NCBI GenBank assembly: GCA_965112155.1
Contig: OZ218101.1
Source of the DNA: Podarcis liolepis
Taxonomy: Eukaryota
Length of the DNA: 64,000 nt
Direction: 5' to 3' (one strand)
The translations under genes were made by a program, and so were the position numbers. Of the stretch, positions 13,115 to 25,141 are shown piece after piece; the first letter of the stretch is position 1; every line of letters begins with the position of its first letter. The notes under the pieces were generated by a model. It was not told where the DNA came from and searched no databases. It worked only from the letters and a program-made list of their open reading frames with translations.

Positions 13115-13990
13115 CAGTGGTACCCCGCAAGACGAACGCCTCGCAAGACGGAAAACCCGCTAGACGAAAGGGTTTTCCGTTTTGGAGGCGCTTCGCAAAA
13201 CGAATTTCCCTATGGGCTTGCTTCGCAAGACGACAGCCCATAGGGAAATCTCAGGGACAGCGGGGAAGCGCAGCGCGTCTTCCCCACTGTCCTCAGACCT
13301 CCTCTGAAGCCTGGCGGCGGGGCGGGGACACCTCCTCCCGCCACCGCCGGGCTTCGGAAGGCTCCTCCGAAGCCGGGCGGTGGGGAGGGAACACCTCCCG
13401 CCGCCGCCCGGCTTCGGAACAGTGCTCTGAAGCCGGGCGGTGGGGAGGGAACACCTTCTGAAGGCGGGCGGGGGGCGAAAGTCTTTGCTCCCCCCTGCCT
13501 GCCTGTCCTGGAGGGCTTTTGAAGGCAGGCGGGGGGGAGCAAAGACTTTCGCCCCCCGCCCGCCTTCAGAAGAGGTCCAGGACCTCTTCTGAAGGCTGGC
13601 GGGGGGCAAAAGTCTTTGTCCCCCCTGCCTGCCTTCCCAGGGGCTTTTAAATCGCCCCGGACAGCGGAGAAGTCCTCCGCTGTCCCGGGGCGATTTTAAA
13701 ATGCCGCCTGCCAGCATTTTAAGATCGCCCGAACAGCGGAGAAGTCCTCCGCTGTCCCGGGGTTTTTTAAAATGCTGGGGGTGGGAAGAAAAGCCCTTCC
13801 CCCCCCCCCAGCCTTCAGAAGAGGTCCGGGGACAGACTGTCCCCGGACCTGGTCTGAAGGCGGTTTCCCTAGGAACGCATTAATTGATTTTCAATGCATT
13901 CCTATGGGAAACCGTGCATCGCAAGACGAAAAACTCGCAAGACGAAGAGACTTGCGGAACGAATTAATTTCGTCTTGCGAGGCACCACTG
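13115..13990. mobile_element. Tc1/mariner non-autonomous element D, 876 bp, GC-rich
   Basis: TA-CAGTGGTACCCCGCAAGACGAA...TTCGTCTTGCGAGGCACCACTG-TA; internal tandem hairpins; no transposase. Confidence 0.9.
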
Positions 13991-14179
13991 TATGTTCGGG
14001 GACATACTTCCTGTATCACCTTTTAGTTCTAGTCTAAAGGGAAAATACGTTAACAGTATTTTCAAAAGATGCAAATGTAAATTAAAGCTGACTAACCTTA
14101 CAAAATACAAAGAGCAATGAGATAAATAATAGCCTCAGCTTTGTAAGTTCTTACAAGAATCTAGACATCAAACTGTATA

Positions 14180-14546
14180 AAGGTAAAGGTAAAGGTACCC
14201 CTGCCCGTACGGGCCAGTCTTGACAGACTCTGGGGTTGTGCGCTCATCTCACTCTAGAGGCCAGGAGCCAGTGCTGTCCGCAGACACTTCTGGATCACGT
14301 GGCCAGCGTGACGAAGCTGCTCCGGCGAACCAGCACCTGAGCAGCACACGGAACGCTGTTTACCTTCCCGCTAGAAAGCGGTACCTATTTATCTACTTGC
14401 ACTTAATTGTGCTTTCGAACTGCTAGGTGGGCAGGAGCTGGGACCGAACGACGGGAGCTCGCCCCGCTGCGGGGATTCGAACCGCCGACCATGCGATCGG
14501 CAAGTCCTAGGCGCTGAGGTTTTACCTACAGCGCCACCCGCGTCCC
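14180..14546 (-). mobile_element. Sauria SINE, full length (variant subfamily)
   Basis: tRNA-like head GGGACGCGGGTGGCGCTG, (ACCTTT)n tail, TSD TCAAACTGTATA. Confidence 0.92.
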
Positions 14547-14614
14547 TATTTCAAACTGTATAGAATGAATTAAATGCTAATTGATTAAGACACTACCTGC
14601 ATTGACTGCAACTA

Positions 14615-14832
14615 CAGTGGTACCTCAGGTTACATATGCTTCAGGTTACAGACTCTGCTAACCCAGAAATATTACCTCGGGTTAAGAACTTTGCTTCAGG
14701 ATGAGAACATAAGTCGCGCAGCGGCAGCAGCAGGAGGCCCCATTAGCTAAAGTGATGCTTCGGGTTAAGAACAGTTTCAGGTTAAGAAGAGACCTCCGGA
14801 ACGAATTAAGTACTTAACCTGAGGTACCACTG
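14615..14832 (+). mobile_element. MITE family A, copy 6
   Basis: TIRs plus TA TSD. Confidence 0.9.
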
Positions 14833-15760
14833 TATATGCATTTGTTGAATAGCCAAGCTCTGCATGTGGCTCAGAATTAGCATCTCTTCTATAGGCCTGG
14901 GAATTTTAAGATTATAACCTTGCTAAATGGGAAGGAAGGAAGCATAATGAATAGTGATTTGTCATGCTAGTTTGTAGTATCTGTCAATAAGTATAACGTG
15001 TGTCGTAAACGCTAAATGTATATCATAACAGATATACATTGTATATTCCGTAATGACGAGCGGCACCTGAAACCATCTTCCTGTTCTGCCTTAACGATTC
15101 AAAAGGTTGCAGAATCTGTCTGTTACAAAGAGATGTAAGCCAGGACAAAGACACTGTCTTACCTGGTTGTGAAGAATGCATATCATATTTGCCTCATTGC
15201 TAAAGTCTGGTCAGGCTCAATTTCCCCTTTTTAATTGCCATCCCTGGAAAGTGGCAATTTCCAGCCAGTTTGTATGTTCCATTCTTTTGTTGAATCCTAT
15301 TTTGTTCAGGTCAGAAATAAGGTATCGTTCATGACTTATTCAGAGCATGTTCAAGCCATAACCAGCTGCCCAGTGGTGCCAAATTCTGATGCTGGGCCTG
15401 GGGTTACACTTGGCTTTCTTGGGAATGGTATCTGTGTAGGAAATTGTTATGTGTGAGTAGAAATGAGCTTCTCTGGGGTCAAACGGGGCAGCAGATCTCT
15501 ACATCAAAACAAGGAAAACCTATTACTTCTTGCTAGCACTTCTCTCTCCAGCAGATGGAACCAGAGGTCTATAATATTTGTTGCCTTTATACTATTTCAG
15601 AAATTTAGTTTGCAATCTTAAACACACTTGCCTGGCTGTAAATCTCACTGAATGGGGCTTCCTTCTGAATTTACATGCTTAAGATCATGCTATCTAATAA
15701 TCTGATTCTCAAATCTGGGTCCCTTTTTTATTTTCGCCTTGCAGTTCTTTAAGGTAAATA

Positions 15761-16112
15761 TAAAGGTAAAGGGACCCCTGAACATTAGGTCCAGTCATGA
15801 TCGACTCTGGGGTTGCGGCGCTCATCTCACTTTATTGGCCGAGGGAGGCGGTGTACAGCTTCCGGGTCATGTAGCCAGCATGATTAAGCCGCTTCTGGCG
15901 AACCAGAGCAGCGCATGGAAACGCCGTTTATCTTCCTGCTGGAACGGTACCTATTTATCAACTTGCACTTTGACGTGCTTTCGAACTGCTAGGTTGACAG
16001 GAACTGGGACTGAGCAACGGAAGCTCATCCCGTCATGGGGATTCAAACCTCCGACCTTCCGATCGGCAAGCCCTAGGCTCTATGGTTTAACCCACAGCGC
16101 CACCCGCGTCCC
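15761..16112 (-). mobile_element. Sauria SINE, full length
   Basis: Same head and tail; TSD-like TTCTTTAA(A)GGTA. Confidence 0.92.
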
Positions 16113-17629
16113 TTCTTTAAAGGTAGTGTGGCCAAATTACACAAGAGCTCCAACATGGGGAGAAAGGGGATTTCAGCAGATGTAGCTTGTCATATTTTTC
16201 CCCCAGCTGATCGACCTATTTTAAGAACAATAATACGTGCATGCCTTAAGGCAAAGCACATTTGCTCAACAGACACATACTCAACTGGAAGTCTAGACAC
16301 CCATATAACAAAGCAAAATTAAATTACGTCACCATCATCTTTCCAGAAGCAATTTTTTAAGAAAACCATTGAAGTCACTGACAGAATCATAGCAGAAATG
16401 CAAAGTGTTGCCAGTCTAGGATTACTGGCATTATCCCACCACAGACAGCATCACTTCTTTTCAGCATTCAATAGGAAGTTTAAAATGCACTGAATTTTCT
16501 AGCAAGTTTTATTTAAGCTACAAAAACTGGGAGCTTTATATAGTGTGTGGTTTCTATAGTTTGATGTTAAACTCCTTCTCCCCAGCTCTGTCATACCCAT
16601 TTTGCCACTTTTAAGATTTCATAATAAGAAACAATTCATTTGTGGAGTACAAAATCAGCGTTTCCTTTTCTGTTCTCTAGAGTGGTGGCGTTTTTGGAAA
16701 GAAGAGACCCACACTCACCTACCCCCTCTCAATTTTGTGCAGTTGCTCTTTCTAAATAAAAAGGAAGCCTCTCATTAGAACAACACTTTGCAGAATCCCT
16801 ACTTTTCCTAATGACAGAAATGAGGGCATTTATTTACCCAGTTAAAGGGGGGAATGAAGGGACCCAATACAACAAGTTAACCCCTTCCTTCTCCACCACA
16901 GACATGACCAAAACCACAGATCCCAACCTCCCTGCTAATGGAAGTGTCCACTGGCACAAATGGGGGTTTCCCTCCCAGGGCCAACAGCAGCTGCAGGAGG
17001 GTGATTTTTGTCAGGGCAACAGCAAGGGAGGGGAGGGGTTAACTTCACTGGAATACTTTGTCCCCCACAGATGGGATTGCTGCATTGGCAAAGTGCTCCC
17101 TCTCTCCTAGTCCTAATTCTTCCCCATCCAAGATTATATAATAACAACAGCAGCAGCAGCAACAACAACAATTTATTATCTGTACCCTGCCTATCCGGCT
17201 GGGTTGCCCCAGCCACTCTGGGCGGCTTCCAGCATTTATAAAAACATTAAACCTTAAAAAGCTTCACCTTATGGAAGACAATAATAATCCTCTTTGCCCC
17301 TTTTCCTTACTGTCATGCCAAGAGCAGATTAGTTGGTTCACTAGAGGCTTTCCTTCCTTGTGCCCAAAGGCTTCCTGGCTGGACTCCCAGAGCCCAGAGA
17401 CACAGCCTCCGAGTCCAACGCTCTTCCCACTAGCTTGGCAGCTTACACTTTCCCCATTTCTTTATCTCCCAACTACTTCTCCTGAAGCTGCTTCACTGCA
17501 GCTCTGGCTAATATCTGGGCCACCAAAGCCTCTCACAGCCTCTGTCAGGGTAGGGGAGAGACCTTACAGCTGAGGTATAGCATGGGATGCTCTCCGTTCT
17601 CACAAATTTAGAAGAAGAAAGGAGATTCT

Positions 17630-18120
17630 GAGCATTTATTTATTTTATATTCTTCCCTTCCTCGCAGGGTGGTTCGCAGAATAAAACACAAGCAAATCAT
17701 TAAACCAAAACAACGAAACAATAAAACACCCCAATACCTCACTCACAGACATGATTGAAAAGCTGTAGGATATGAATCAGCCCAAGGCCTGGTGGAAGAG
17801 GAACATTTTCACCTGGCACCTAAAATATAGTGGTACCTTGGGTTATATACACTTCAGGTTACAGACGCTTCAGGTTACAGACTCCGCTAACCCAGAAATA
17901 GTGCTTCAGGTGAAGAACTTTGCTTCAGGATGAGAATAGAAATCGTGCTCCAGCGGCACGGCGGCAGCAGGAGGCCCCATTAGCTAAAGTGGTGCTTCAG
18001 GTTAAGAACAGTTTCAGGTTAAGAACGGACCTCCGGAACTTAACCTGAGGTTCCACTGTATATATAATGAAGGTACCAAGGGAAGCTCCCTGGGAGAGTA
18101 TTCCACAAACGGGGAGCCAC
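17630..18120 (-). mobile_element. Old L2-like 3' fragment interrupted by a MITE-A copy
   Basis: AAGGCCTGG...GGCACCTAAAATA[MITE]TATAATGAAGG...TTCCACAAACGGGGAGCCACT resembles the L2 3' end in reverse. Confidence 0.5.
17828..18058 (+). mobile_element. MITE family A, copy 7
   Basis: TIRs (left C>T) plus TA TSD; nested in an L2-like fragment. Confidence 0.88.
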
Positions 18121-18339
18121 TAAACATCAGGGAGAGCTTTCTGGCGGTTAGTGCGGTTTGACATGTGTGGCACGCGCGTGACATCACGCAGCTGTCAAAT
18201 GCATGGGATGTCATGCATGCAGCACATGTGTGTCATCGGGAAGAGGCTGAGCATGGGGCCCAGCATGTCTGGTGGCTCCTCCTCCCTTGCACTCAGGAGG
18301 AGCCGGCCACTGAAGCCACACAGTTGGACGCCCAGCCTC

Positions 18340-18532
18340 CTTCTAAACATCAGCAAGGACTTTCTGGTGGCAAGAGCTGTTCAGCAGTGGAATGGCCTCC
18401 CTTGGAAGATGGTTTTTAAGCAGAGGCTGGATGGTCATCTGTCATGGATGCTTTAGGTGAGATTCCTGCATTGCAGGAAATTTGACTAGATGACCCTCAG
18501 GATCCCGTCCAACTTTGCAATTCTGTGATTTT
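18340..18532 (+). mobile_element. CR1 LINE 3' fragment
   Basis: AGAGCTGTTCAGCAGTGGAA...AAGCAGAGGCTGGATGG...GACTAGATGACCCTC...TTCTGTGATT. Confidence 0.75.
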
Positions 18533-18920
18533 AGGACTGCCCCGTTTCCTATGGGGATATTGCAGTTAAAAGGATTTGCGAGAGCCTAGAACTCAAGAGA
18601 TGTGGTCTCTGAAGGTCCAGTCTTAGGATTTGGCAGCTTCTCAGCTGTCCACCACTGCCATCAGGTAAGGTATATGGCAGACATTGAGGTGTCAAATGAT
18701 GTTGCCCAGGAGTCAGCCTTTTTTCTGTGCAAAGTTATACCTGTAGCTCTGACAAAGTTACCCTGATTGCATCCTGTGCACAACAATATTTTGTTATCAA
18801 GAGTCAGTTTTCACACTGTTTACCTGCCTAGTATTTACAGAAGTGGCTTCATACAATATACCACCAAAAAAAGGAAACAAGGAACACTTTCCTTGCCTTA
18901 TACATCTATAAAGTCAGAAA

Positions 18921-19276
18921 AGGAAAGGGTAAAGGGACCCCTGACCGTTAGATCCAGTCATGGACGACTCTGGGGTTGCGGCGCTCATCTCACTCTATAG
19001 GCCGAGAGAGCCGGTGTTTGTCCGCAGACAACTTCTGGGTCATGTGGCCAGCATGAATAATCCACTTTCTGGCGAACCAGAGCAGCGAACAGAAACGCCG
19101 CCGGAGTGGTACCTATTTATCTACTTGCACTTTGACGTGCTTTTGAACTGCTAGGTTGGCAGGAGCAGGGACCGAGCAACGGGCGCTCACCCCGTCACGG
19201 GGATTCGAACTGCTGACCTTCTGATCGGCAAGCCCAAGAGGCTCAGTGGTTTAACCCACAGTGCCGCCCGCATCCC
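18921..19276 (-). mobile_element. Sauria SINE, full length
   Basis: TSD CTATAAAG(T/C)CAGAAA. Confidence 0.92.
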
Positions 19277-20417
19277 TATAAAGCCAGAAATTCTCTCCCA
19301 AATAACCATTTGTGCAGAACTATTTTGTAGGACAAAAGTATTATGTGAGATTTAATCAATCAATTGGTTATAACTTAGAAATGAATAGTTCTTTTGCGGG
19401 CTGTAAACCTTAGTAATCTCTTTTTTAAAACGCCACAGTGCTGGTAAAGGGTTATTTTCTATGGAAAAGAGGCAAATCCAAAGCCGTCTGCCCATAACAG
19501 ATTTGGAATGAGCAACTATAACTTCATGGTATGACTCAATTATTCTTGAAAACTTGCTTCTATTATACTGCTGCTACCCAAACCTTTCTCACTTTACAAT
19601 GTCAAAACAAAATAGATTTAGTTCTTTAATATGAGTAAATGCTCTCTTAGTCATGCCGTTCCTTTGGGCTATAACATATTTCATCCTTAATCACACCCAT
19701 CTATTCTAATATTCCTAACAAATGCATTTCCACATCAGATTTTTTTTTATCCCTTTATGGGAAGCTGTTTCCTGTGCACTGAAAGCTAATTGCAAAAAGG
19801 AAAGGAAAGTTAATTAGTACAGGAAAGATAATCTGCAAAGCATTTCTCTCTCTGTGAACATAGCTCATTTAACTACCAATACTACCAAAAAATAAAAAAT
19901 AAAAGCACGGGAGAAAGGTTTTATTTGCACACTTCTGACTCTTTATGCGATCATAAATCCAAGCAGAAAATACAACCACATTTACTCCAATCCGCAAAAT
20001 GCATAAGAGTGTTTTTGGGACTCCAGGCGCATAGGAAGGCAATGACAGGCTGGTGGTTTTCTTGAGCCAAACATGCAATTTCACTGAAGTTCCCACCCAA
20101 GTAGCAGTGTGGTATCATAACAGCAGAACAGCCATGCCAGCTTGGCAGGAAAACTCCCTAAGCACAAAGAAGGTGGGGCAAAGGCTTTTAAAGAGAGTGT
20201 TCTCTGTGCAGATCCTGCCACTCTCCATTTGTTACAACTTGCAATCCTGCTTCTGAGCTATTGAGATGCCCATGATGAAAAATCCTGAACGGCTCCAAGT
20301 GCACACAATGCTGTTATAGCTAAGCTGATGTCAGTCTGGATGCGAGCATCATTTAAGCCACTGTGAAATCCCCAGAGTAACGCAGCACCTTTGAAGAGAC
20401 TTCAGAAAGCACAACTA

Positions 20418-20654
20418 CAGTGGTACCTCGGGTTACAGATGTTTCAGGTTACAGACGCTTCAGGTTACAGACTCTGCTAACCCAGAAGTAGTACCTCGGG
20501 TTAAGAACTTTGCTTCAGGATGAGAACAGAAATCGTGTGGCGGCAGCTCAGTGGCAGCGGGAAGCCCCATTAGTGGTACCTCAGGTTAAGAACAGTTTCA
20601 GCTTAAGAACGGACCTCTAGAACGGATTAAGTTCTTAACCCAAGGTACCACTTG
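20418..20654 (+). mobile_element. MITE family A, copy 8
   Basis: TIRs plus TA TSD. Confidence 0.88.
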
Positions 20655-21094
20655 TAATCCAGAATGCAGGAGCAAGACTGATGGGCACTTCCGTATGAAA
20701 TCATATCACACCTGTCCTGCAAACGTTACACTTGGTACCAACTTGCTTCTGGGCATCATTGAAGGTGTTGATGAAGACCTTTTCAAGGCCTAAAAGCCTT
20801 AGGTTCAGGATAGTTTAGGGACCACCACCTGTCCATATCTGGAGAAGACTTTCTCTGTTTCTCATCAACGGTGGAGGCTCAGTTGCTTCCTCTTTTATGG
20901 TGTGTTGCAGAATGGCAAGACCCTTCTTCCTGTTTGGGCAGGTGCTTGTTTTAATAGATTTATAGGTTTTCATCCAATGCTTTCAATCTGCTCCACACTC
21001 CTGTATCACACTGTACTGTATGTTATAGCTGATTTCAATTGTTGTTAGCGGTATCAGGCAACAGAAAGGACAGGATATACAGTTTTACGTAGAT

Positions 21095-23118
21095 GTTGTT
21101 GTTGTTTAGTCGTTTAGTCATGTCCGACTCTTCGTGACCCCATGGACCAGAGCACGCCAGGCACTCCTGTCTTCCACTGCCTCCCACAGTTTGGTCAGAC
21201 TCATGTTTGTAGCTTTGAGAACACTGTCCAACCATCTCATCCTCTGTCGTCCCCTTCTTCTTGTGCCCTCCATCTTTCCCAACATCAGGGTCTTTCCCAG
21301 GGAGTCTTCTCTTCTCATGAGGTGGCCAAAGTATTGGAGCTTCAGCTTCAGGATCTGTCCTTCCAGTGAGCACTCAGGGCTGATTTCCTTCAGAATGGAT
21401 AGGTTTGATCTTCTTGCAGTCCATGGGACTCTCAAGAGTCTCCTCCAGCACCATAATTCAAAAGCATCAATTCTTTGGCGATCAGCCTTCTTTATGGTCC
21501 AGCTCTCACTTCCATACATCACTACTGGGAAAACCATGGCCTTTACTATACGGAACTTTGTTGGCAAGGTGCTGCCTCTGCTTTTTAAGATGTTGTCTAG
21601 GTTTGCCATCGCCTTTCTCCCAAGGAGCAGGCGTCTTTTAATTTCATGACTGCTGTCACCATCTGCAGTGATCATGGAGCCCAAGAAAGTAAAATCTCTC
21701 ACTGCCTCCATTTCTTCCCCTTCTATTTGCCAGGAGGTGATGGGACCAGTGGCCATGATCTTCGGTTTTTTTATGTTGAGCTTCAGACCATATTTTGTGC
21801 TCTCCTCTTTCACCCTCATTAAAAGGTTCTTTAATTCCTCCTCACTTTCTGCCATCAAGGTTGTGTCATCTGCATATCTGAGGTTGTTGATATTTCTTTC
21901 AGCGATTTTAATTCCGGCTTGGGATTCATCCAGCCCAGCCTTACGCATGATGAATTCTGCATATAAGTTAAATAAGCAGGGAGACAATATACAGCCTTGC
22001 CGTACTCCTTTCCCAATTTTGAACCAATCAGTTGTTCCATACCCAGTTCTAACTGTAGCTTCTTGTCCCACATAGAGATTTCTCAGGAGACAGATGAGGT
22101 GATCAGGCACTCCCATTTCTTTAAGAACTTGCCATAGTTTGCTGTGGTTGACACAGTCAAAGCCTTTTGCATAGTCAATGAAGCAGAGGTAGATGTCTTT
22201 CTGGAACTCTCTAGCTTTCTCCATAATCCAGCGCATGTTTGCAATTTGGTCTCTGGTTCCTCTGCCTCTTCGAAATCCAGCTTCCACTTCCGGGAGTTCT
22301 CGGTCCACATACTGCTTAAGCCTGCCTTGTAGAATTTTAAGCATAACCTTGCTAGCGTGTGAAATGAGTGCAATTGTGCGGTAGTTGGAACATTCTTTGG
22401 CACTGCCCTTCTTTGGGATTGGGATGTAGACTGATCTTCTCCAATCCTCTGGCCACTGCTGAGTTTTCCAAATTTGCTGGCATATTGAGTGTAGCACCTT
22501 AACAGCATCATCTTTTAAAATTTTAAATAGTTCAGCTGGAATATCATCACTTCCACTGGCCTTGTTATTAGCAGTGCTTTTTAAGGCCCATTTGACTTCA
22601 CTCTCCAGGATGTCTGGCTCAAGGTCAGCAACTACACTACCTGGGGTATACGAGACATCCATTTCTTTCTGGTATAGTTCCTCTGTGTATTCTTGCCACC
22701 TCTTCTTGATGTCTTCTGCTTCTGTTAGGTCCTTTCCACTTTTGTCTTTTATTATGGTAATCTTTGTACGAAATGTTCCTTTCATATCTCCAATTTTCTT
22801 GAACAGATCTCTGATTTTTCCCATTCTATTGTTTTCCTCTATTTCTTTGCATTGCTCGTTTAAGAAGGCCTTCTTGTCTCTCCTTGCTATTTTTTGGAAA
22901 TCTGCATTCAATTTCCTGTATCTTTCACTATCTCCCTTGCATTTTGCTTGCCTTCTCTCCCCCGCTATTTGTAAGGCCTCATTGGACAGCCACTTTGCTT
23001 TCTTGCATTTCCTTTTCATTGGGATGGTTTTAGTTGCTGCCTCCTGTATAATATTACGAGCCTCCATCCATAGTTCTTCAGGCACTCTGTCCACCAAATC
23101 TAAATCCTTAAACCTTTA
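21095..23118 (-). mobile_element. BovB (RTE clade) LINE, 5'-truncated, young
   Basis: RT-coding frame; BovB 3' end GTCACGAAGAGTCGGACA...(CAA)n; perfect 11-bp TSD TTTACGTAGAT at 21084-21094 and 23119-23129. Confidence 0.95.
21118..23097 (-). CDS. BovB reverse transcriptase ORF remnant (659 aa, no endonuclease domain)
   Basis: Motifs NYRTIALISHASK, FIDYAKGFD, GVRQGCILSPCLFNLY, LRYADD, FTFLGS; uninterrupted but 5'-truncated. Confidence 0.9.
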   Translation of the reverse strand: MVDRVPEELWMEARNIIQEAATKTIPMKRKCKKAKWLSNEALQIAGERRQAKCKGDSERYRKLNADFQKIARRDKKAFLNEQCKEIEENNRMGKIRDLFKKIGDMKGTFRTKITIIKDKSGKDLTEAEDIKKRWQEYTEELYQKEMDVSYTPGSVVADLEPDILESEVKWALKSTANNKASGSDDIPAELFKILKDDAVKVLHSICQQIWKTQQWPEDWRRSVYIPIPKKGSAKECSNYRTIALISHASKVMLKILQGRLKQYVDRELPEVEAGFRRGRGTRDQIANMRWIMEKAREFQKDIYLCFIDYAKGFDCVNHSKLWQVLKEMGVPDHLICLLRNLYVGQEATVRTGYGTTDWFKIGKGVRQGCILSPCLFNLYAEFIMRKAGLDESQAGIKIAERNINNLRYADDTTLMAESEEELKNLLMRVKEESTKYGLKLNIKKPKIMATGPITSWQIEGEEMEAVRDFTFLGSMITADGDSSHEIKRRLLLGRKAMANLDNILKSRGSTLPTKFRIVKAMVFPVVMYGSESWTIKKADRQRIDAFELWCWRRLLRVPWTARRSNLSILKEISPECSLEGQILKLKLQYFGHLMRREDSLGKTLMLGKMEGTRRRGRQRMRWLDSVLKATNMSLTKLWEAVEDRSAWRALVHGVTKSRT

Positions 23119-23777
23119 TTTACGTAGATAAAATTAATTAATCAAGATTACATGCTAGACTATTTTCAGGGTTTTGAATTAATTGTGTCTATAATGTACA
23201 AAGAAGAAACCCAAATGATGAGAAACGCAGTGATTTCAGAAATATGAAATCTTATGCAAGAAGTATTGAATTGAGCTGGAGTTGTATAAGTACCCAAGAG
23301 AGGAAGATTAAGTTGGAAGAAATGACTTGCCCCAGCATCACACAGGGTGCCTAGGAAGCTATAAGGTCAATGGTATGTCACCAGAGTCTCATACACACTG
23401 TTGAAATGCCTACATACAACCTAGTGCTGTGTTATTTGTTAACTAGCTGGTGGACAGAACCGTGTTATAGCAGTAGAGTGTTATCGTGTCAGTAGAAAGG
23501 AAGCAGCATTGCTCCTATGAAAGCATATGCACAACGATTTTAATTTTTAAAAAAGATGCAATATGATTACACTACCTGCAATGACATCTGGTAGTACATC
23601 ACTTCTTCTGATCGTAAAATGGGTGTGTTAGGTATAGAGCCTCAAATTGCAAGGAGGGCAGGTTGCAGGATATACGGGGGCGTTTACTAGGGCTGGGAGG
23701 CTAAAGAAAAGCAAAACATTTGCCCCTTGTTTCCCTTCAACCTTGGGTCCTTGAGAATCGAAACTGGGTCTAGAGTA

Positions 23778-23911
23778 GTGTTTCCCTAACTTGGGTCTCC
23801 AGCTGGTTTTGGACTACAACCCCCATCATCCCTAGCTAGCAAGACCAGTGGTCAGGGATGATGGGAATTGTAGTCTGAAAACAGCTGGAAACCCAAGCTT
23901 GGGGAACACTG
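23778..23911. mobile_element. Palindromic hAT-type MITE
   Basis: AGTGTTTCCCTAACTTGGGT...GACTACAA-CCCATCATCCCT...AGGGATGATGGG-TTGTAGTC...CCCAAGCTTGGGGAACACT fold-back. Confidence 0.75.
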
Positions 23912-24786
23912 GCCCAATCCCCCAGCTCAAGATCAGTCACAATTTAAAAGAAGTTTGGGTAGGGAATTAGCTTTGGAGGCCACATTTCCTCCTAGGCTAC
24001 TTCTCCACACACACACACACCCCTGTTATACAAGTCGTACAGTTACAGATTTTAAATATTTAATATATGAAAACACCATGTACAAAAGGCAAGGTCTCTC
24101 ATGGTGTCTTTGCAGCATCCACTAGATCGTTCTGTAACCTTAATCAACCTTTCAAGAAAACCCTAAAACCATTCAAGTTCCTACCTACTGTGTCTCCATT
24201 AAAATATGGTTTTGGAAAGAATATACTTTATAATGCTGCATTACACAACACTGCAAACATCAATGCAGAGGACCAATTCCTTCTGCACTCTTCAGCCGTG
24301 AGCTCCAGCAAGAGAAATCACGAAAGCTTTCCAAAGCTGAGGCCTGCACTGCCTTCAAGTAGCAAAAATATGATAAACAAAAGCAACCGATCAAAAGAAA
24401 GAGAACAGGATAAAGCTTGAAAAGGAAGGGAATTAACAAACAGATTTGAAATGGGCATAGATGCAGGAGACATCTTCAGCAGCTGCTACAAAAATGCAAG
24501 AAATGTTTTACAGTGGTTAACCTCCTAAGAAGATACCACCTCTTTTGCGGTCAGTGTGTCTTTGTACTTCCAAGATAGGCAGGTAGAGATTAAAAAAATC
24601 ATGGCAGTAACCCAAGCAGCAATTTGGTAGCTTGGATTTCTTTCAAATTTTATTTAACTGACAGTGCACATTTGCCTAAAAGCAGTAAAGTAGTCTGACG
24701 CTCTGCACAGCAACTTTCCTGGTTGGGAGATGAAGAGAAGGAGCTGTCAGCATCTGTTTCTACAAAAGGGGAGTCATGAAGGGATA

Positions 24787-25141
24787 AAGGTTAAGGTAAT
24801 GGGAGCCCTGACCACTAGATCCAGTCGTGGCCGACTCTGGGTTTGCGGTGCTCATCTCGCTTTATTGGCCGAGGGAGCCGGCGTACAGCTTCTGGGTCAC
24901 GTAGCCAGCATGACTAAGCCACTTCTGGCAAACCAGAGCAGCATACAGAAACACCGTTTACCTTCCCGCCAGAGTGCTACCTATTTATCTACTTGCACTT
25001 TGACGTGCTTTCGAACTGCTAGGTTGGCAGAAGCAGGGACCGAGCAATGGGAGCTCACTCATCGCGGGGATTCGAACTGCCGATCTTCTGATCAGCAAGT
25101 CCTAGGCTCTGTGGTTTGACCCACAGCGCCACCCGCATCCC
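24787..25141 (-). mobile_element. Sauria SINE, full length
   Basis: TSD TGAAGGGATA. Confidence 0.92.

Noticed and set aside
13117-14026. ORFs up to 185 aa inside element D as a possible transposase or cargo gene
   Set aside because: Repetitive translations arise from GC-rich hairpin repeats, with no DDE or HTH motifs.
15163-15480. Strong CAG|GTAAG donor on the minus strand as a LIMS1 coding exon
   Set aside because: There is a stop within 7 codons in the required phase and no homology.
21134-23131. Plus-strand ORFs of 135-189 aa
   Set aside because: They are antisense shadows of the BovB RT frame.
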